A stretch of DNA of 64,000 nt. Source: an uncultured Candidatus Saccharibacteria bacterium (GTDB taxonomy: Bacteria > Patescibacteriota > Saccharimonadia > Saccharimonadales > JBBQAJ01). Shown here piece after piece: positions 11,605 through 21,531 of this stretch. Position 1 is the first letter of the stretch. The number at the start of each line of letters is the position of its first letter. Location: positions 321,516-385,515 of the forward strand of contig CAZQHP010000001.1 of NCBI GenBank assembly GCA_964593805.1, written 5' to 3'. The position numbers were made by a program, and so were the translations under genes. A model generated the notes under the pieces. The model was not told the origin of the DNA and searched no databases. It saw only the letters and a list, made by a program, of their open reading frames with translations.

Positions 11605-12021
11605 TCAATTAGATTGTTTATTGATACGCTTAAGCTTTTGCCAGCGTCCTCGGTTTCCAAGCAAAAAAGTAATGCCCGCGAATGTTAAAAATATTCCCAA
11701 TGAAACTAGCCACCAAGCACTATGCCTGGCAAGAAAAAAGACGCCCACGGCCAGTACTATTGGCGCCGTGGCGTCATAAAGAAGCTGTATTGCCGGGTTT
11801 TTGACGAATATAACGTCGCCGAGTTTGTCGGCGTACTTTTTGAGCAGGTCAATGTAACGTTCGGCCCAGGTATGATTTATGGCCAATAAACTCAGCCCGA
11901 TTATAAAAAGCGGGACACCACCCGGCCCGGGCAGCCAGCCGGTCAGCAGAGCGGCAATCATAAATACTAGACCCAGCACGTCCAGTACGATTATTTTCCA
12001 AAACCCAATAACCCTTTTCAT
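11605..12021 (-). CDS. PGPGW-like membrane protein
   Basis: LPGPGG motif between TM helices, 4 TM. Confidence 0.7.
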   Translation of the reverse strand: MKRVIGFWKIIVLDVLGLVFMIAALLTGWLPGPGGVPLFIIGLSLLAINHTWAERYIDLLKKYADKLGDVIFVKNPAIQLLYDATAPIVLAVGVFFLARHSAWWLVSLGIFLTFAGITFLLGNRGRWQKLKRINKQSN

Positions 12022-12096
12022 AAGCCCTAGTATACGTCATATGCGGATAGCTAGCATATGGACTTTTTCTCTGTTATTTGGTACAATCTTCCAACT

Positions 12097-14907
12097 GTGA
12101 GCGACGTTATAAGAGTAAAAGGGGCAAGGGAACATAATCTCAAAAACGTGGATGTTGAAATTCCTCGTAATAAGCTGGTGGTTATCACCGGCCTGAGCGG
12201 TTCCGGCAAGTCGTCGCTGGCCTTTGATACTATTTATGCCGAAGGGCAGCGCCGTTACGTGGAAAGCCTTAGCGCTTATGCGCGGCAATTTTTGGGCCTG
12301 ATGGAAAAGCCAGACGTGGATCAGATAGACGGTCTTAGCCCGGCAATTTCCATAGACCAGAAATCCACCAGCCGAAACCCGCGCAGTACGGTGGCAACCG
12401 TTACGGAAATCTACGATTATTTGCGCCTGTTGTTTGCCCGCATTGGGACTCCGCATTGTCCTATTTGCGGCAATGAAGTTGCCCGCCAAACAACGAATGC
12501 AATCGTAGACCAGGTCGCGGCTTTGCCAATGGGCGCGAAATTAATGGTTCTGGCGCCGGTTATAGCAGACAAAAAAGGCGCGTTTGAACACATCCCGGAA
12601 CAATATATGAGGGCTGGATTTGCTCGCGCCCGGGTAGACGGCGTTATTTACGCGCTAGATGAATTTCCGGAACTAGACAAAAACTACAAGCACGCCATAG
12701 AAATAATCGCCGACCGCGTGGTAAATGACCGGGCCAGCCTGGGCCGGTTGACGCAGACCGTGGAGCAAGCGCTAGAACTGGCTGAAGGCAAGCTGATTGT
12801 GGTAGACGTTGACAGCAAGCAAGAACACAGTTATTCGCTCATGTATGCCTGTATTGACCATCCGGATGTAGCCATACCGGAACTTGAGCCTCGCACGTTC
12901 AGTTTCAACAGCCCGCATGGCGCCTGCCCGGTTTGTACCGGCTTGGGCTCGCGCCTGGAAGTTGACCCCGAACTGGTCATACCCAACGGCCGCTTGACGA
13001 TAGCCGAGGGCGCTATTCGCCCGTTCAACAGAGTCGCGGCCGACGCCTGGTATATGAAAAAAATGCAGGCCGTGGCCGAGCGGTACAAATTTTCGCTTCA
13101 TGAGCCGACAGGGGAGCTTAAGTCAGAAAATCTGAACAGGCTTCTATACGGCACGGGCAATGAAACGTATCGCGTGGCACTGGGCAGCGGCCGGACCTTT
13201 GAAACAACCTACGAAGGCGTTGTGCCCAACCTGGAACGCCGGCACAAAGAAACCGATAGCGATTTTATGCGCCGCGACATAGAACGCTTCATGCGCGAAC
13301 GCCCCTGCCATGTCTGCCAGGGCCGCCGCCTCAAACCAGAAGTGCTGGCGGTGACCGTGGCCGGCAGTTCAATCATGGATATATGCCAGCTATCCATAGA
13401 TGAAGCGGCAGAGTTTTTTAATAAATTGAAACTAGACACTAAAGAACTTCAAATTGCCCACCAGGTTATAAAAGAAATAGGCGCCCGCCTAAAGTTCATG
13501 CAGGACGTGGGGCTCAATTATCTTAACCTGTTGCGCAGCGCTGTTACGCTGTCGGGGGGCGAAGCCCAGCGTATCCGGCTAGCCACCCAGATTGGCTCCG
13601 GATTGCAGGGCGTCTTGTACGTTCTGGACGAACCGAGCATTGGACTGCATCAGCGGGACAACGCCCGGCTTATTACTACGCTCAAACACTTGCGCGACCT
13701 AGGCAACACCGTACTAGTCGTAGAGCATGACGAAGAAACAATCCGTACCGCGGACTTTTTACTGGATATTGGTCCGGGTGCCGGTATACATGGCGGCGAA
13801 ATTATTGCCGCCGGGACGCCTGACTTCGTGGCCAAAAATCCAAAAAGCATCACCGGCCAGTACTTGCTGGGCAAAAAAGAAATCGCCATGCCCAAAAAAC
13901 GCCGGACCGGCAACGGCAAGTCGCTGGTCATCAAAGGCGCCCGTGAAAACAACCTCAAAAATATCACCGTGGAAATTCCGCTTGGCAAACTAGTTGTGGT
14001 GAGCGGCGTGTCTGGTTCTGGCAAGTCGTCGCTCATAAATGACATATTGGCCAAAGAATTATCCGCCCGGTTGATGCGCAGCAGCGAAGTGCCCGGGGCT
14101 CATGATGACATAGGGGGAATAAAAGAATTGGACAAAGCAATCGTGATTGACCAGTCGCCAATTGGCCGGACGCCCCGTTCCAATCCCGCCACTTACACCG
14201 GCCTATTCACGCCCATCCGCGAACTTTTTGCCAGCGTACCGGAAGCAAAACTACGCGGTTATAGCCCAGGTCGGTTCAGCTTTAACGTCAAAGGCGGCCG
14301 CTGTGAAAACTGCTCTGGCGACGGTATTATCAAAATAGAAATGCACTTTTTGCCGGATGTCTACGTGTCCTGCGAAGTCTGCCAGGGCAAACGCTATAAC
14401 CGCGAGGCTTTGGAAATTCACTACAAAGGCAAAACCATCAGCGATGTCCTGCAAATGACCTCCGACCAAGCGTTGGAATTTTTTGAAAACATCCCCGCCA
14501 TTGCACGTAAATTGCAAACTATGGTGGACGTTGGACTGGGCTATATTGCGCTGGGACAACCGGCAACCACACTGTCCGGCGGCGAAGCACAGCGCGTCAA
14601 ACTGGCAACCGAACTTTCTCGACGCCCCACCGGCCGTACGCTGTATATTCTGGACGAACCAACCACCGGATTACATTTTGCAGACGTTGATAAACTGCTG
14701 GGCGTATTGCACGCGCTGGTAGACACCGGCAACAGCATGATAATTATTGAGCACAACCTGGACGTTATAAAAAACGGGGACTGGCTGATAGATATGGGTC
14801 CCGAAGGCGGGGACGCCGGAGGCCAAATAGTTGCCCAAGGTACGCCGGAACAGGTGTCTAAAAACAAAGCCTCCTACACTGGCAAATACTTGACACATAT
14901 GTTATAA
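12097..14907 (+). CDS. uvrA: Excinuclease ABC subunit A
   Basis: GAREHNLKN, two Walker A motifs ([18 protein letters not shown]), LSGGEAQR x2; GTG start at 12097 inferred. Confidence 0.98.
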   Translation: MSDVIRVKGAREHNLKNVDVEIPRNKLVVITGLSGSGKSSLAFDTIYAEGQRRYVESLSAYARQFLGLMEKPDVDQIDGLSPAISIDQKSTSRNPRSTVATVTEIYDYLRLLFARIGTPHCPICGNEVARQTTNAIVDQVAALPMGAKLMVLAPVIADKKGAFEHIPEQYMRAGFARARVDGVIYALDEFPELDKNYKHAIEIIADRVVNDRASLGRLTQTVEQALELAEGKLIVVDVDSKQEHSYSLMYACIDHPDVAIPELEPRTFSFNSPHGACPVCTGLGSRLEVDPELVIPNGRLTIAEGAIRPFNRVAADAWYMKKMQAVAERYKFSLHEPTGELKSENLNRLLYGTGNETYRVALGSGRTFETTYEGVVPNLERRHKETDSDFMRRDIERFMRERPCHVCQGRRLKPEVLAVTVAGSSIMDICQLSIDEAAEFFNKLKLDTKELQIAHQVIKEIGARLKFMQDVGLNYLNLLRSAVTLSGGEAQRIRLATQIGSGLQGVLYVLDEPSIGLHQRDNARLITTLKHLRDLGNTVLVVEHDEETIRTADFLLDIGPGAGIHGGEIIAAGTPDFVAKNPKSITGQYLLGKKEIAMPKKRRTGNGKSLVIKGARENNLKNITVEIPLGKLVVVSGVSGSGKSSLINDILAKELSARLMRSSEVPGAHDDIGGIKELDKAIVIDQSPIGRTPRSNPATYTGLFTPIRELFASVPEAKLRGYSPGRFSFNVKGGRCENCSGDGIIKIEMHFLPDVYVSCEVCQGKRYNREALEIHYKGKTISDVLQMTSDQALEFFENIPAIARKLQTMVDVGLGYIALGQPATTLSGGEAQRVKLATELSRRPTGRTLYILDEPTTGLHFADVDKLLGVLHALVDTGNSMIIIEHNLDVIKNGDWLIDMGPEGGDAGGQIVAQGTPEQVSKNKASYTGKYLTHML

Positions 14908-14915
14908 TAAGCCTC

Positions 14916-15164
14916 ATGACCTCTCTAGATGCAGATAATCAACCAGATTGGAGTGTGATTCGGGAATTGAATCACAGAGCAAGAATGGCGAACGACTTAG
15001 GTGCCATGGCGGTTGGTATGCCTGATGCATTTGAAACTGCGGAGAGCAGACAGATCTACGAACAGCGGCTTCGCGAAGAACAGCCGGAATTATATGACGA
15101 TATCAGAAAACTTGAAGGCATGCGTAATGTTGTTACGGCGATTCGTCGCCCCAGAGTGCGCTAA
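14916..15164 (+). CDS. Hypothetical protein (82 aa)
   Basis: TATAAT 7 nt before ATG; fills the gap between uvrA and dedA. Confidence 0.55.
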   Translation: MTSLDADNQPDWSVIRELNHRARMANDLGAMAVGMPDAFETAESRQIYEQRLREEQPELYDDIRKLEGMRNVVTAIRRPRVR

Positions 15165-15812
15165 CTATTTTTTGTTGAGAAAGATATTACGTTTGACCTT
15201 TTGCCATATTATGGCTCGGGTTTCTTTTTCTTTAAGCAGATGCAGTAGCGACAGCCCAATGCTCAGTACAACTACACCAAGTAGCACCAACTCTATGTAT
15301 TTATCAAGTCCTGGGATGCGGCCGCCTACGTGATAGCCAAGCAACGTCATGCCAGCGCCCCACAGCGTGCCGCCAATAACATTGAAAGCCATGAAGCGTT
15401 TTCTGGGCATCTTACCAACACCAGCAACGACCGGCGCAAACGTTCGTACAACGGGCGTAAAGCGAGCCAAAATAATTGTTTTGCCACCGTGTTTTTCGTA
15501 GAACACTTCAGCACGGGTTATGTATCCTTGCCGGAATAGTAGACCGTCTTTCTTTTTAAACAGTCTGTGGCCGCTGCGCCTGCCAATGCTGTAGCCGACG
15601 TTATCGCCCACGATTGCCGCCAGCACCGTCGCAACTATCAGCGGCAGAATCGGTAATTCGCCCTGAGAGGCCAGCAAGCCAGCGCCAAACAGCAGTGTGT
15701 CGCCAGGTAAAAAGAAACCCACCAAAAGCCCCGATTCGGCAAACACAACCAGCGCCACAATCAGTACGCCAATCATTCCGCCAGCACTCAGTAATTGATT
15801 GATATCAAACAT
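15165..15812 (-). CDS. dedA: DedA/VTT family membrane protein
   Basis: FAESGLLVGFFLPGDTLLF, GDNVGY, ARFTPVVRTF. Confidence 0.95.
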   Translation of the reverse strand: MFDINQLLSAGGMIGVLIVALVVFAESGLLVGFFLPGDTLLFGAGLLASQGELPILPLIVATVLAAIVGDNVGYSIGRRSGHRLFKKKDGLLFRQGYITRAEVFYEKHGGKTIILARFTPVVRTFAPVVAGVGKMPRKRFMAFNVIGGTLWGAGMTLLGYHVGGRIPGLDKYIELVLLGVVVLSIGLSLLHLLKEKETRAIIWQKVKRNIFLNKK

Positions 15813-15911
15813 CCTACTAAGCGTACAGATTCACCCGTCCATAGTCCATACATGAAAATATGCCCGTCATCTGTTATACTGTACTCAATATTCAGTATAT
15901 TCGGAGGAACG

Positions 15912-16607
15912 ATGAGCAACGACACGATAGCAGTGGAATTACAGGAGCGTACAGTGATGCGCAAGGGTTTGCGTGGTTTGCGAGCTTCTGGCCTGATTCC
16001 GGCTGTTATTCATGACCACGGCAAGGCATCAATACATGTCATGGGTGATTTTGTGCAAATGCACAAAGTTTACAGCGCAGCCGGCAAACACCACCCCGTG
16101 CAGCTGACGGTAGGCAAACAGCAGCATTTAGCACTTATAAAAGACGTTGATTTCGAACCCGCCAAACACCGTATGCGGCACATAGTCTTCCAGGCTATCA
16201 AACAGGACGAAGAAACTGAGGCCGAAGTCCCAATTGCCTACAAGGAAATCGAAATTCCAGCCGAAAAAGCTAGCTTGCTGGTGCTCAAACAGCTTGACCG
16301 CGTGCAAGTTAAAGCCTTGCCAAAAGATTTGCCCGACGAACTGGTAGTAGACCCTGGTAAATTAGCTGAAGTTGGCGACCACCTGACAGTTGCCGACCTT
16401 GAAGTACCAGAAGGTGTCACTGTCCTGACCGACCCAATTTTGCAAATCGCCATCGTAGAAATGCCCAAAGACCAAGCTGCCGAAGCCGACGCCGCCGCGG
16501 CCGCGCTGGCCGACGATGCCGGTGCACCTGATGCTGCCGAAGAAACCACCGAAGAAACACCTGCTGAAGGCTCAGACGACTCAAAAGAAGCAACCGAAGA
16601 AGAGTAA
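15912..16607 (+). CDS. rplY: 50S ribosomal protein bL25/Ctc with acidic tail
   Basis: LRASGLIPAVI, HIVFQ, LPKDLP; GGAGG SD before ATG 15912. Confidence 0.92.
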   Translation: MSNDTIAVELQERTVMRKGLRGLRASGLIPAVIHDHGKASIHVMGDFVQMHKVYSAAGKHHPVQLTVGKQQHLALIKDVDFEPAKHRMRHIVFQAIKQDEETEAEVPIAYKEIEIPAEKASLLVLKQLDRVQVKALPKDLPDELVVDPGKLAEVGDHLTVADLEVPEGVTVLTDPILQIAIVEMPKDQAAEADAAAAALADDAGAPDAAEETTEETPAEGSDDSKEATEEE

Positions 16608-16613
16608 CAGACC

Positions 16614-17135
16614 CTATCTTAATAAAACTCCACCAAGCATACCGCCAGCGACGATAATAAAAAGCGGGTTAACTTTCCACTTGGCTATGGCCATAAATGC
16701 ACCAACAGCGATTAACAAGTATGTTACCGACAGGGGGTTGGCTTGTAGTAAATTTACGCCGATTGCTATGAGTACGCCGGCCGCCGCCAAGCCAACCGAC
16801 TTCAAAAAATAATCAGCCCGTTCGTGATGGATGTATCGACTCAAATAACGTCCTGTCAAAACAGCCAAAACACAAGGCGTCCCGTAGATAGCAATCGTCG
16901 CCACTAGCGCCCCAGAAAAACCATGCGCGCTATATCCAATAAAAGTGGCAATGCTAAAAAGTTGCGGCCCGGGCGAAGCAAAGCCAAATCCAAGAAACGT
17001 AGTGAAATCATGCGGCGTAAGCCAATGCGTACGTTCCACGGCAACTTCGTAAAAAAGCGGCTGGCTACTGCCGGCAAAACCCACAAGGCTTATAAAAAAC
17101 ATATAACCAAAAATAATTAAAAGCTGCTCAAGCAC
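16614..17135 (-). CDS. Short-chain chromate transporter (CHR) subunit
   Basis: GFAG, HWLT, ASPGP, FIGY motifs; paired with the upstream subunit. Confidence 0.85.
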   Translation of the reverse strand: MLEQLLIIFGYMFFISLVGFAGSSQPLFYEVAVERTHWLTPHDFTTFLGFGFASPGPQLFSIATFIGYSAHGFSGALVATIAIYGTPCVLAVLTGRYLSRYIHHERADYFLKSVGLAAAGVLIAIGVNLLQANPLSVTYLLIAVGAFMAIAKWKVNPLFIIVAGGMLGGVLLR

Positions 17136-17697
17136 GGGTTTTTATCCTAATTAGTGGAAATATAAAGATACCAAAAAGCGCGGCCGCCAATAAAATAACA
17201 ATCACCGGCACGCCAAGCCCAAACTTTGCGCCAAAAGCCAAGGCAACAATCGCCAATAACCATTTGTTTTGTAAATGACTATTGCCAATACGGTAGGCGT
17301 TACCGATAATAATCCCGCCTACTGCAGCCTGCAAACCAAGCGTATAATTGGTGAAATCACTGCCCTTAAAATATGCAAAATACAAAAAACTAAACAGTAA
17401 TGTAATCGTAATTGACGGGGCCAAATAAACAACTGCTCCAATAATCGCACCGCGTACGCCGCGCATAAAATAGACCACTTGAACTGCTAAAATAACTTGG
17501 GCTGCCCCAGGTAGAAGCTGGCCCGCCGCGGACGCGCTATGTAGCTGGCGCTTAGTTAGTATTTTTCTTTCATCTACCAAAGCGCGTTCTAAAAGCAAAG
17601 ACGTGGTTGGCCAGCCCCCGAACGCGCTGGCTCCTGTTTTGAAATACAGAACGGCGAGTTCTGGCAAGCTTATGGGCGCATTGATAGGTTTACTCAT
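17128..17697 (-). CDS. Short-chain chromate transporter (CHR) subunit
   Basis: FKTGASAFGG, QLLPG motifs; overlaps both neighbours. Confidence 0.85.
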   Translation of the reverse strand: MSKPINAPISLPELAVLYFKTGASAFGGWPTTSLLLERALVDERKILTKRQLHSASAAGQLLPGAAQVILAVQVVYFMRGVRGAIIGAVVYLAPSITITLLFSFLYFAYFKGSDFTNYTLGLQAAVGGIIIGNAYRIGNSHLQNKWLLAIVALAFGAKFGLGVPVIVILLAAALFGIFIFPLIRIKTRA

Positions 17698-19438
17698 CCA
17701 AAAATCCGCCGGATTGGTGAGACCAGAGTTTTGCGTACAGGCCCTTTTGTTTTAGTAACTTCTGGTGGCTGCCTTGTTCAACAATTTTGCCGTGGTCTAG
17801 CACTACAATTTTATCCATCCGTTGAACCGTGCTAAGCCGGTGGGCAATCACGACTGCCGTTCGGCCTTCCATGAGTTTCCATAACGCGTCTTGAATCAGT
17901 TTTTCTGACTCTGAATCAAGCGCGCTAGTGGCTTCGTCTAGTAACAAAATCGGCGCGTTTTTTAACATTGCCCGGGCAATCGCTACGCGCTGGCGTTGAC
18001 CGCCAGATAGTTTGACCCCGCGCTCGCCAACTAAGGTGTCGTAGCCCTGCGGCAGCTTGCTGATGAATTCATCAGCATGAGCCCGCTTGGCCGCAGTTTG
18101 GATTTCTGAAAAGCTGGCACCGGGTTTTCCGTAGCCAATGTTTTCACCAAGCGAACGATGAAACAGCAGTGGTTCCTGCGGTACATATGAAATTGCTTTG
18201 TGGACATCATCTCTAGTTATGGATCGGATGTCCTGACCATCAATTTTTATAGCGCCCGCTTGGATATCCATATACCTAAGCAAAAGTTTAGTGATGGTAG
18301 TTTTACCTCCGCCGCTTGGACCCACCAACCCAACGCGTTCGCCTGGTTGGATGTCTAGCTCAAAACCATCAAAAAGACCGGCGGACTCGGCGAGTTCGTA
18401 GTTAAACTGGATTCTTTCAAACGTTACACGGCCTTGATCAATGCGCGAGGTTTCCGGCTCCGCAGGATCTTGTACGGCCGACTTGCGCGCAAACAATTCA
18501 GTCATTTCATGCGCGTCACCGAGTATGCCTTCAAAAAAGCGAATAGAAAGCGCTGACTTGTGCAAGCTGTCGATAATCCTAATTATATAAACCTGAAACA
18601 ACAAAAACGTGGCAAACGTAATCGCGTCGGTTTCTACTGCCCTAATTCCGCCTATTAATACAACCACCTGCAGCAGCGCTCCAAATAACGCGATGTACAG
18701 GTTGTTGCGTACGCCAATACGCCAGCTGCTTATAAAAGCCAATTTACGTGAGGAATTAGTTTTGCCGTATCGTTTTGATTCCAGGGGCATGGCTGCAAAA
18801 GTATCTACTGTCACAGCGTTTGTTAGCGCGTCGGCTAGTTCGCCGGTTTGTACGCTTTCGCGGGCTACTGCCTTTCGTCGAATCGGCATGCGTTTGTTGG
18901 TTAGATACGCGATAACTACAAAAGACAGTAGCCACGTAACGCCAACGCTCAGACCGATAGCTGTGTTTATATATGTTGTGATGATAATTGCCGTCAGCAC
19001 TGTGCATATTTGACCCCAAAAATCCAAAAACCATGTAACGTGAAACTGGTCAAACGCCTTGGCAAATCGGTTTGCTTGAGTAACCAGCGAACCGCTAAAA
19101 TTGTCGGCAAAAAACGCATAATCCTGCTGGAGCAGTTGCTCAAAACAATCATTGTATATATCTTCCATAGTTCTGGAATGGAGACGTATGCCAATAAAGT
19201 AGTCAACCGTAAACCACAAAAGCGCGCCGCCAGCAAACGTCAAACCCGCGTACAGGACGTTGCTTATGTCGGCGTGCCCGGTGGCTATAAGCTGGCCCAA
19301 GGCTTTCGCTACGAACAAAGGACTCACGATATTTTGCAGTACCACGGCCGGTCCGAGCAAAAACATCCCCGCAAACGACCATGGCCGGCGCTGCCAATAA
19401 GAAATGAAAAGCAGTATTGGCTTAAAAGTATCTAACAC
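17690..19438 (-). CDS. ABC exporter, fused TMD-NBD
   Basis: GPSGGGKTT, VPQEP, LSGGQRQR, LDEATSALD, AHRLST. Confidence 0.95.
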   Translation of the reverse strand: MLDTFKPILLFISYWQRRPWSFAGMFLLGPAVVLQNIVSPLFVAKALGQLIATGHADISNVLYAGLTFAGGALLWFTVDYFIGIRLHSRTMEDIYNDCFEQLLQQDYAFFADNFSGSLVTQANRFAKAFDQFHVTWFLDFWGQICTVLTAIIITTYINTAIGLSVGVTWLLSFVVIAYLTNKRMPIRRKAVARESVQTGELADALTNAVTVDTFAAMPLESKRYGKTNSSRKLAFISSWRIGVRNNLYIALFGALLQVVVLIGGIRAVETDAITFATFLLFQVYIIRIIDSLHKSALSIRFFEGILGDAHEMTELFARKSAVQDPAEPETSRIDQGRVTFERIQFNYELAESAGLFDGFELDIQPGERVGLVGPSGGGKTTITKLLLRYMDIQAGAIKIDGQDIRSITRDDVHKAISYVPQEPLLFHRSLGENIGYGKPGASFSEIQTAAKRAHADEFISKLPQGYDTLVGERGVKLSGGQRQRVAIARAMLKNAPILLLDEATSALDSESEKLIQDALWKLMEGRTAVVIAHRLSTVQRMDKIVVLDHGKIVEQGSHQKLLKQKGLYAKLWSHQSGGFLDE

Positions 19439-19474
19439 GCTGTTTCCATTTTACTAATAAGCCATCCATTGTCA

Positions 19475-21298
19475 TTATTTGTAGCCTTCGGCTTGCTTGC
19501 TGAATAATTCATGGTACAGGCCCTTGTTTTTCATGAGCTCTATGTGAGAACCTTCTTCTATTATTTTTCCTGCGTCAAGTACCACAATTCTATCAGCGCG
19601 CCTCACTGTGCTAAAACGGTGACTGACTATTATGGCGGATTTATTTTGATAATGTTCAAAAATGTTGTTGAAAATTTCATATTCCGCCTTGGCATCAATT
19701 GCTGAAGTTGGTTCATCAAGAATAAGTAAGTTTGCCTGGCGATAAAATGCCCTGGCCAATGCAACTCGTTGCCATTGGCCGCCGCTAGGCTCCACGCCTT
19801 TTTTGAAACTGCTATCTAGCACGGTGTCCCAGCCGTGTTTGTAATTTTCGACGAATTCAGAGACGCCACCAAATTTTGCGGCTTGTCGTAGTAAGTTTTT
19901 ATCTGGCTCAGCGTTGGAACGACCAATTTCAATGTTTTCATCAATTGGGAGGGGATATTGGTTAAAATCTTGAAACAGCGTGGCAATTTGCTCATACCAC
20001 GACTCAATTGATAAATCTTGTAAATCAACTCCATCAATTAAAATTTTTCCAGACGTTGGCCTGTAAAACCTAAGCAAAAGTTTTATCAAGGTACTTTTAC
20101 CCGCGCCATTTTCGCCAACCAAAGCTACATGCTCACCTTGTTTAATCCGTAGATTTAGGTTTTCAAACACGTGTGACTCTTTGTTGGGATAGCCAAATGA
20201 CAGGTTTTCTATAATAATTTCTGGGGCATTTTTACCTGCCGCTGTTGCACTAGGCGAGTCAATTATAGTTGGTTTAGAATCAAGCATCGTGAAATAACTA
20301 TCGGCAAACAACAGCCCTTCTTGCATTCGCGAAAGTGTGCCAAATATGGTGTTGAGGGCTGCTCCCACGCGTAGCAGTGCACCAGACAGAAAAAAGTATT
20401 TCTCAAGTGACATGCTACGATTTAAAAATTGTTTTAACAAATATACAGCACCAATGGCCGTCCCAGTAGTTTCCATAATTTTGGTGGGTACAAGCGACTT
20501 GTTGGCACGACGCAGTTTGCTTTCTTGTTCATGGTAAAAGTCTACATTCATGCGGTCAATTTTGTTTAGAATATATTCCGAAGCTTGGGTACTCCGTAAC
20601 TCCATTTGGCCTTTAGCCTGTCGAAGTATCCAGTCCAATCCCCAATAAATATGCCTTTGATCGCCCTTTTGATCCCATACAAACCATTGGAGTTTGGCAA
20701 GTTTTCCTTCAGTTATAAGAGTTGGAATCAAAAACAAAGTAATTAACGGAACCAGCCACCAAGTAATTTGGGCTACCACCACGGTGATAGCAATAAATCG
20801 CAAAATACCATAAATTAAATCAAGATTTGCGTCTGACAAATTTGGGATTTGCCAGGTGTAACTGTTTCCAACTTTGTTTAGTTGATTTCGGGTGGTTTCA
20901 TCATAATAATCTTGTAAATCCATGGTGCTCAAAGTTCGTAAAAACTGATTGGTAGACCAGCGAGCCAGTGCAAAATAGGTTAGGCGTTTTGCCAAAGCCA
21001 TCAGCAAAAATCCTATGGCGATTCCAAGGCCTGCAAAGATGTCAATCCACAACCAAAACCATATGCCCGTTGTTTGACCGCTGCTTACAAAAGTTGCTAA
21101 AAGTGCTCCTAGCCGAGCGGTAGCGTAGATACCGACTATAAATGAGCCTATTTCAAAAAATGCCCCGGTAAAAAATATTGCCACTGCTCCAGCACGAACT
21201 GACCAAACGGTTTGTAGAAGCCGCACACTTAATAGAAAACGCCGTTTGAGCGAAACTTCATTATTTACTTCTGGCGATTTAATAGTATTCATATCCAC
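19475..21298 (-). CDS. ABC exporter, fused TMD-NBD
   Basis: GENGAGKST, PSGGQWQR, LDEPTSAID, SHRFSTV; AAGGAGG SD. Confidence 0.95.
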   Translation of the reverse strand: MDMNTIKSPEVNNEVSLKRRFLLSVRLLQTVWSVRAGAVAIFFTGAFFEIGSFIVGIYATARLGALLATFVSSGQTTGIWFWLWIDIFAGLGIAIGFLLMALAKRLTYFALARWSTNQFLRTLSTMDLQDYYDETTRNQLNKVGNSYTWQIPNLSDANLDLIYGILRFIAITVVVAQITWWLVPLITLFLIPTLITEGKLAKLQWFVWDQKGDQRHIYWGLDWILRQAKGQMELRSTQASEYILNKIDRMNVDFYHEQESKLRRANKSLVPTKIMETTGTAIGAVYLLKQFLNRSMSLEKYFFLSGALLRVGAALNTIFGTLSRMQEGLLFADSYFTMLDSKPTIIDSPSATAAGKNAPEIIIENLSFGYPNKESHVFENLNLRIKQGEHVALVGENGAGKSTLIKLLLRFYRPTSGKILIDGVDLQDLSIESWYEQIATLFQDFNQYPLPIDENIEIGRSNAEPDKNLLRQAAKFGGVSEFVENYKHGWDTVLDSSFKKGVEPSGGQWQRVALARAFYRQANLLILDEPTSAIDAKAEYEIFNNIFEHYQNKSAIIVSHRFSTVRRADRIVVLDAGKIIEEGSHIELMKNKGLYHELFSKQAEGYK

Positions 21299-21371
21299 AA
21301 GCCTCCTTGCTTGCGGTTATTAGTTTGTGATAGAAAATTATTTGTAATTAGAACGTTTTTGTAAGGGGTGG

Positions 21372-21425
21372 TTAGCACACCACGGGGGCAGCTTGGCCAC
21401 TTGTGAAAAAAGTGAATATCAACAT
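21372..21425 (-). CDS. Putative leader peptide MLIFTFFTSGQAAPVVC (17 aa)
   Basis: ATG..TAA in the ABC operon leader, purine-rich AAGGGAAAGGG upstream; too short for the ORF track. Confidence 0.5.
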   Translation of the reverse strand: MLIFTFFTSGQAAPVVC

Positions 21426-21531
21426 GGTTTTGCCGGCCCTTTCCCTTAAATTTGATAAATACAGGCTACATTGTAACACTTATGTCAAAGGGGGTGCAAC
21501 AGATAGCCTAATCAGCTACAATGTATAAATT

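Noticed and set aside
19432-19449. Five-codon ORF (METAC) overlapping the GTG start of the second ABC gene
   Set aside because: Could be coupling, a 1-nt deletion or chance; too short to support.
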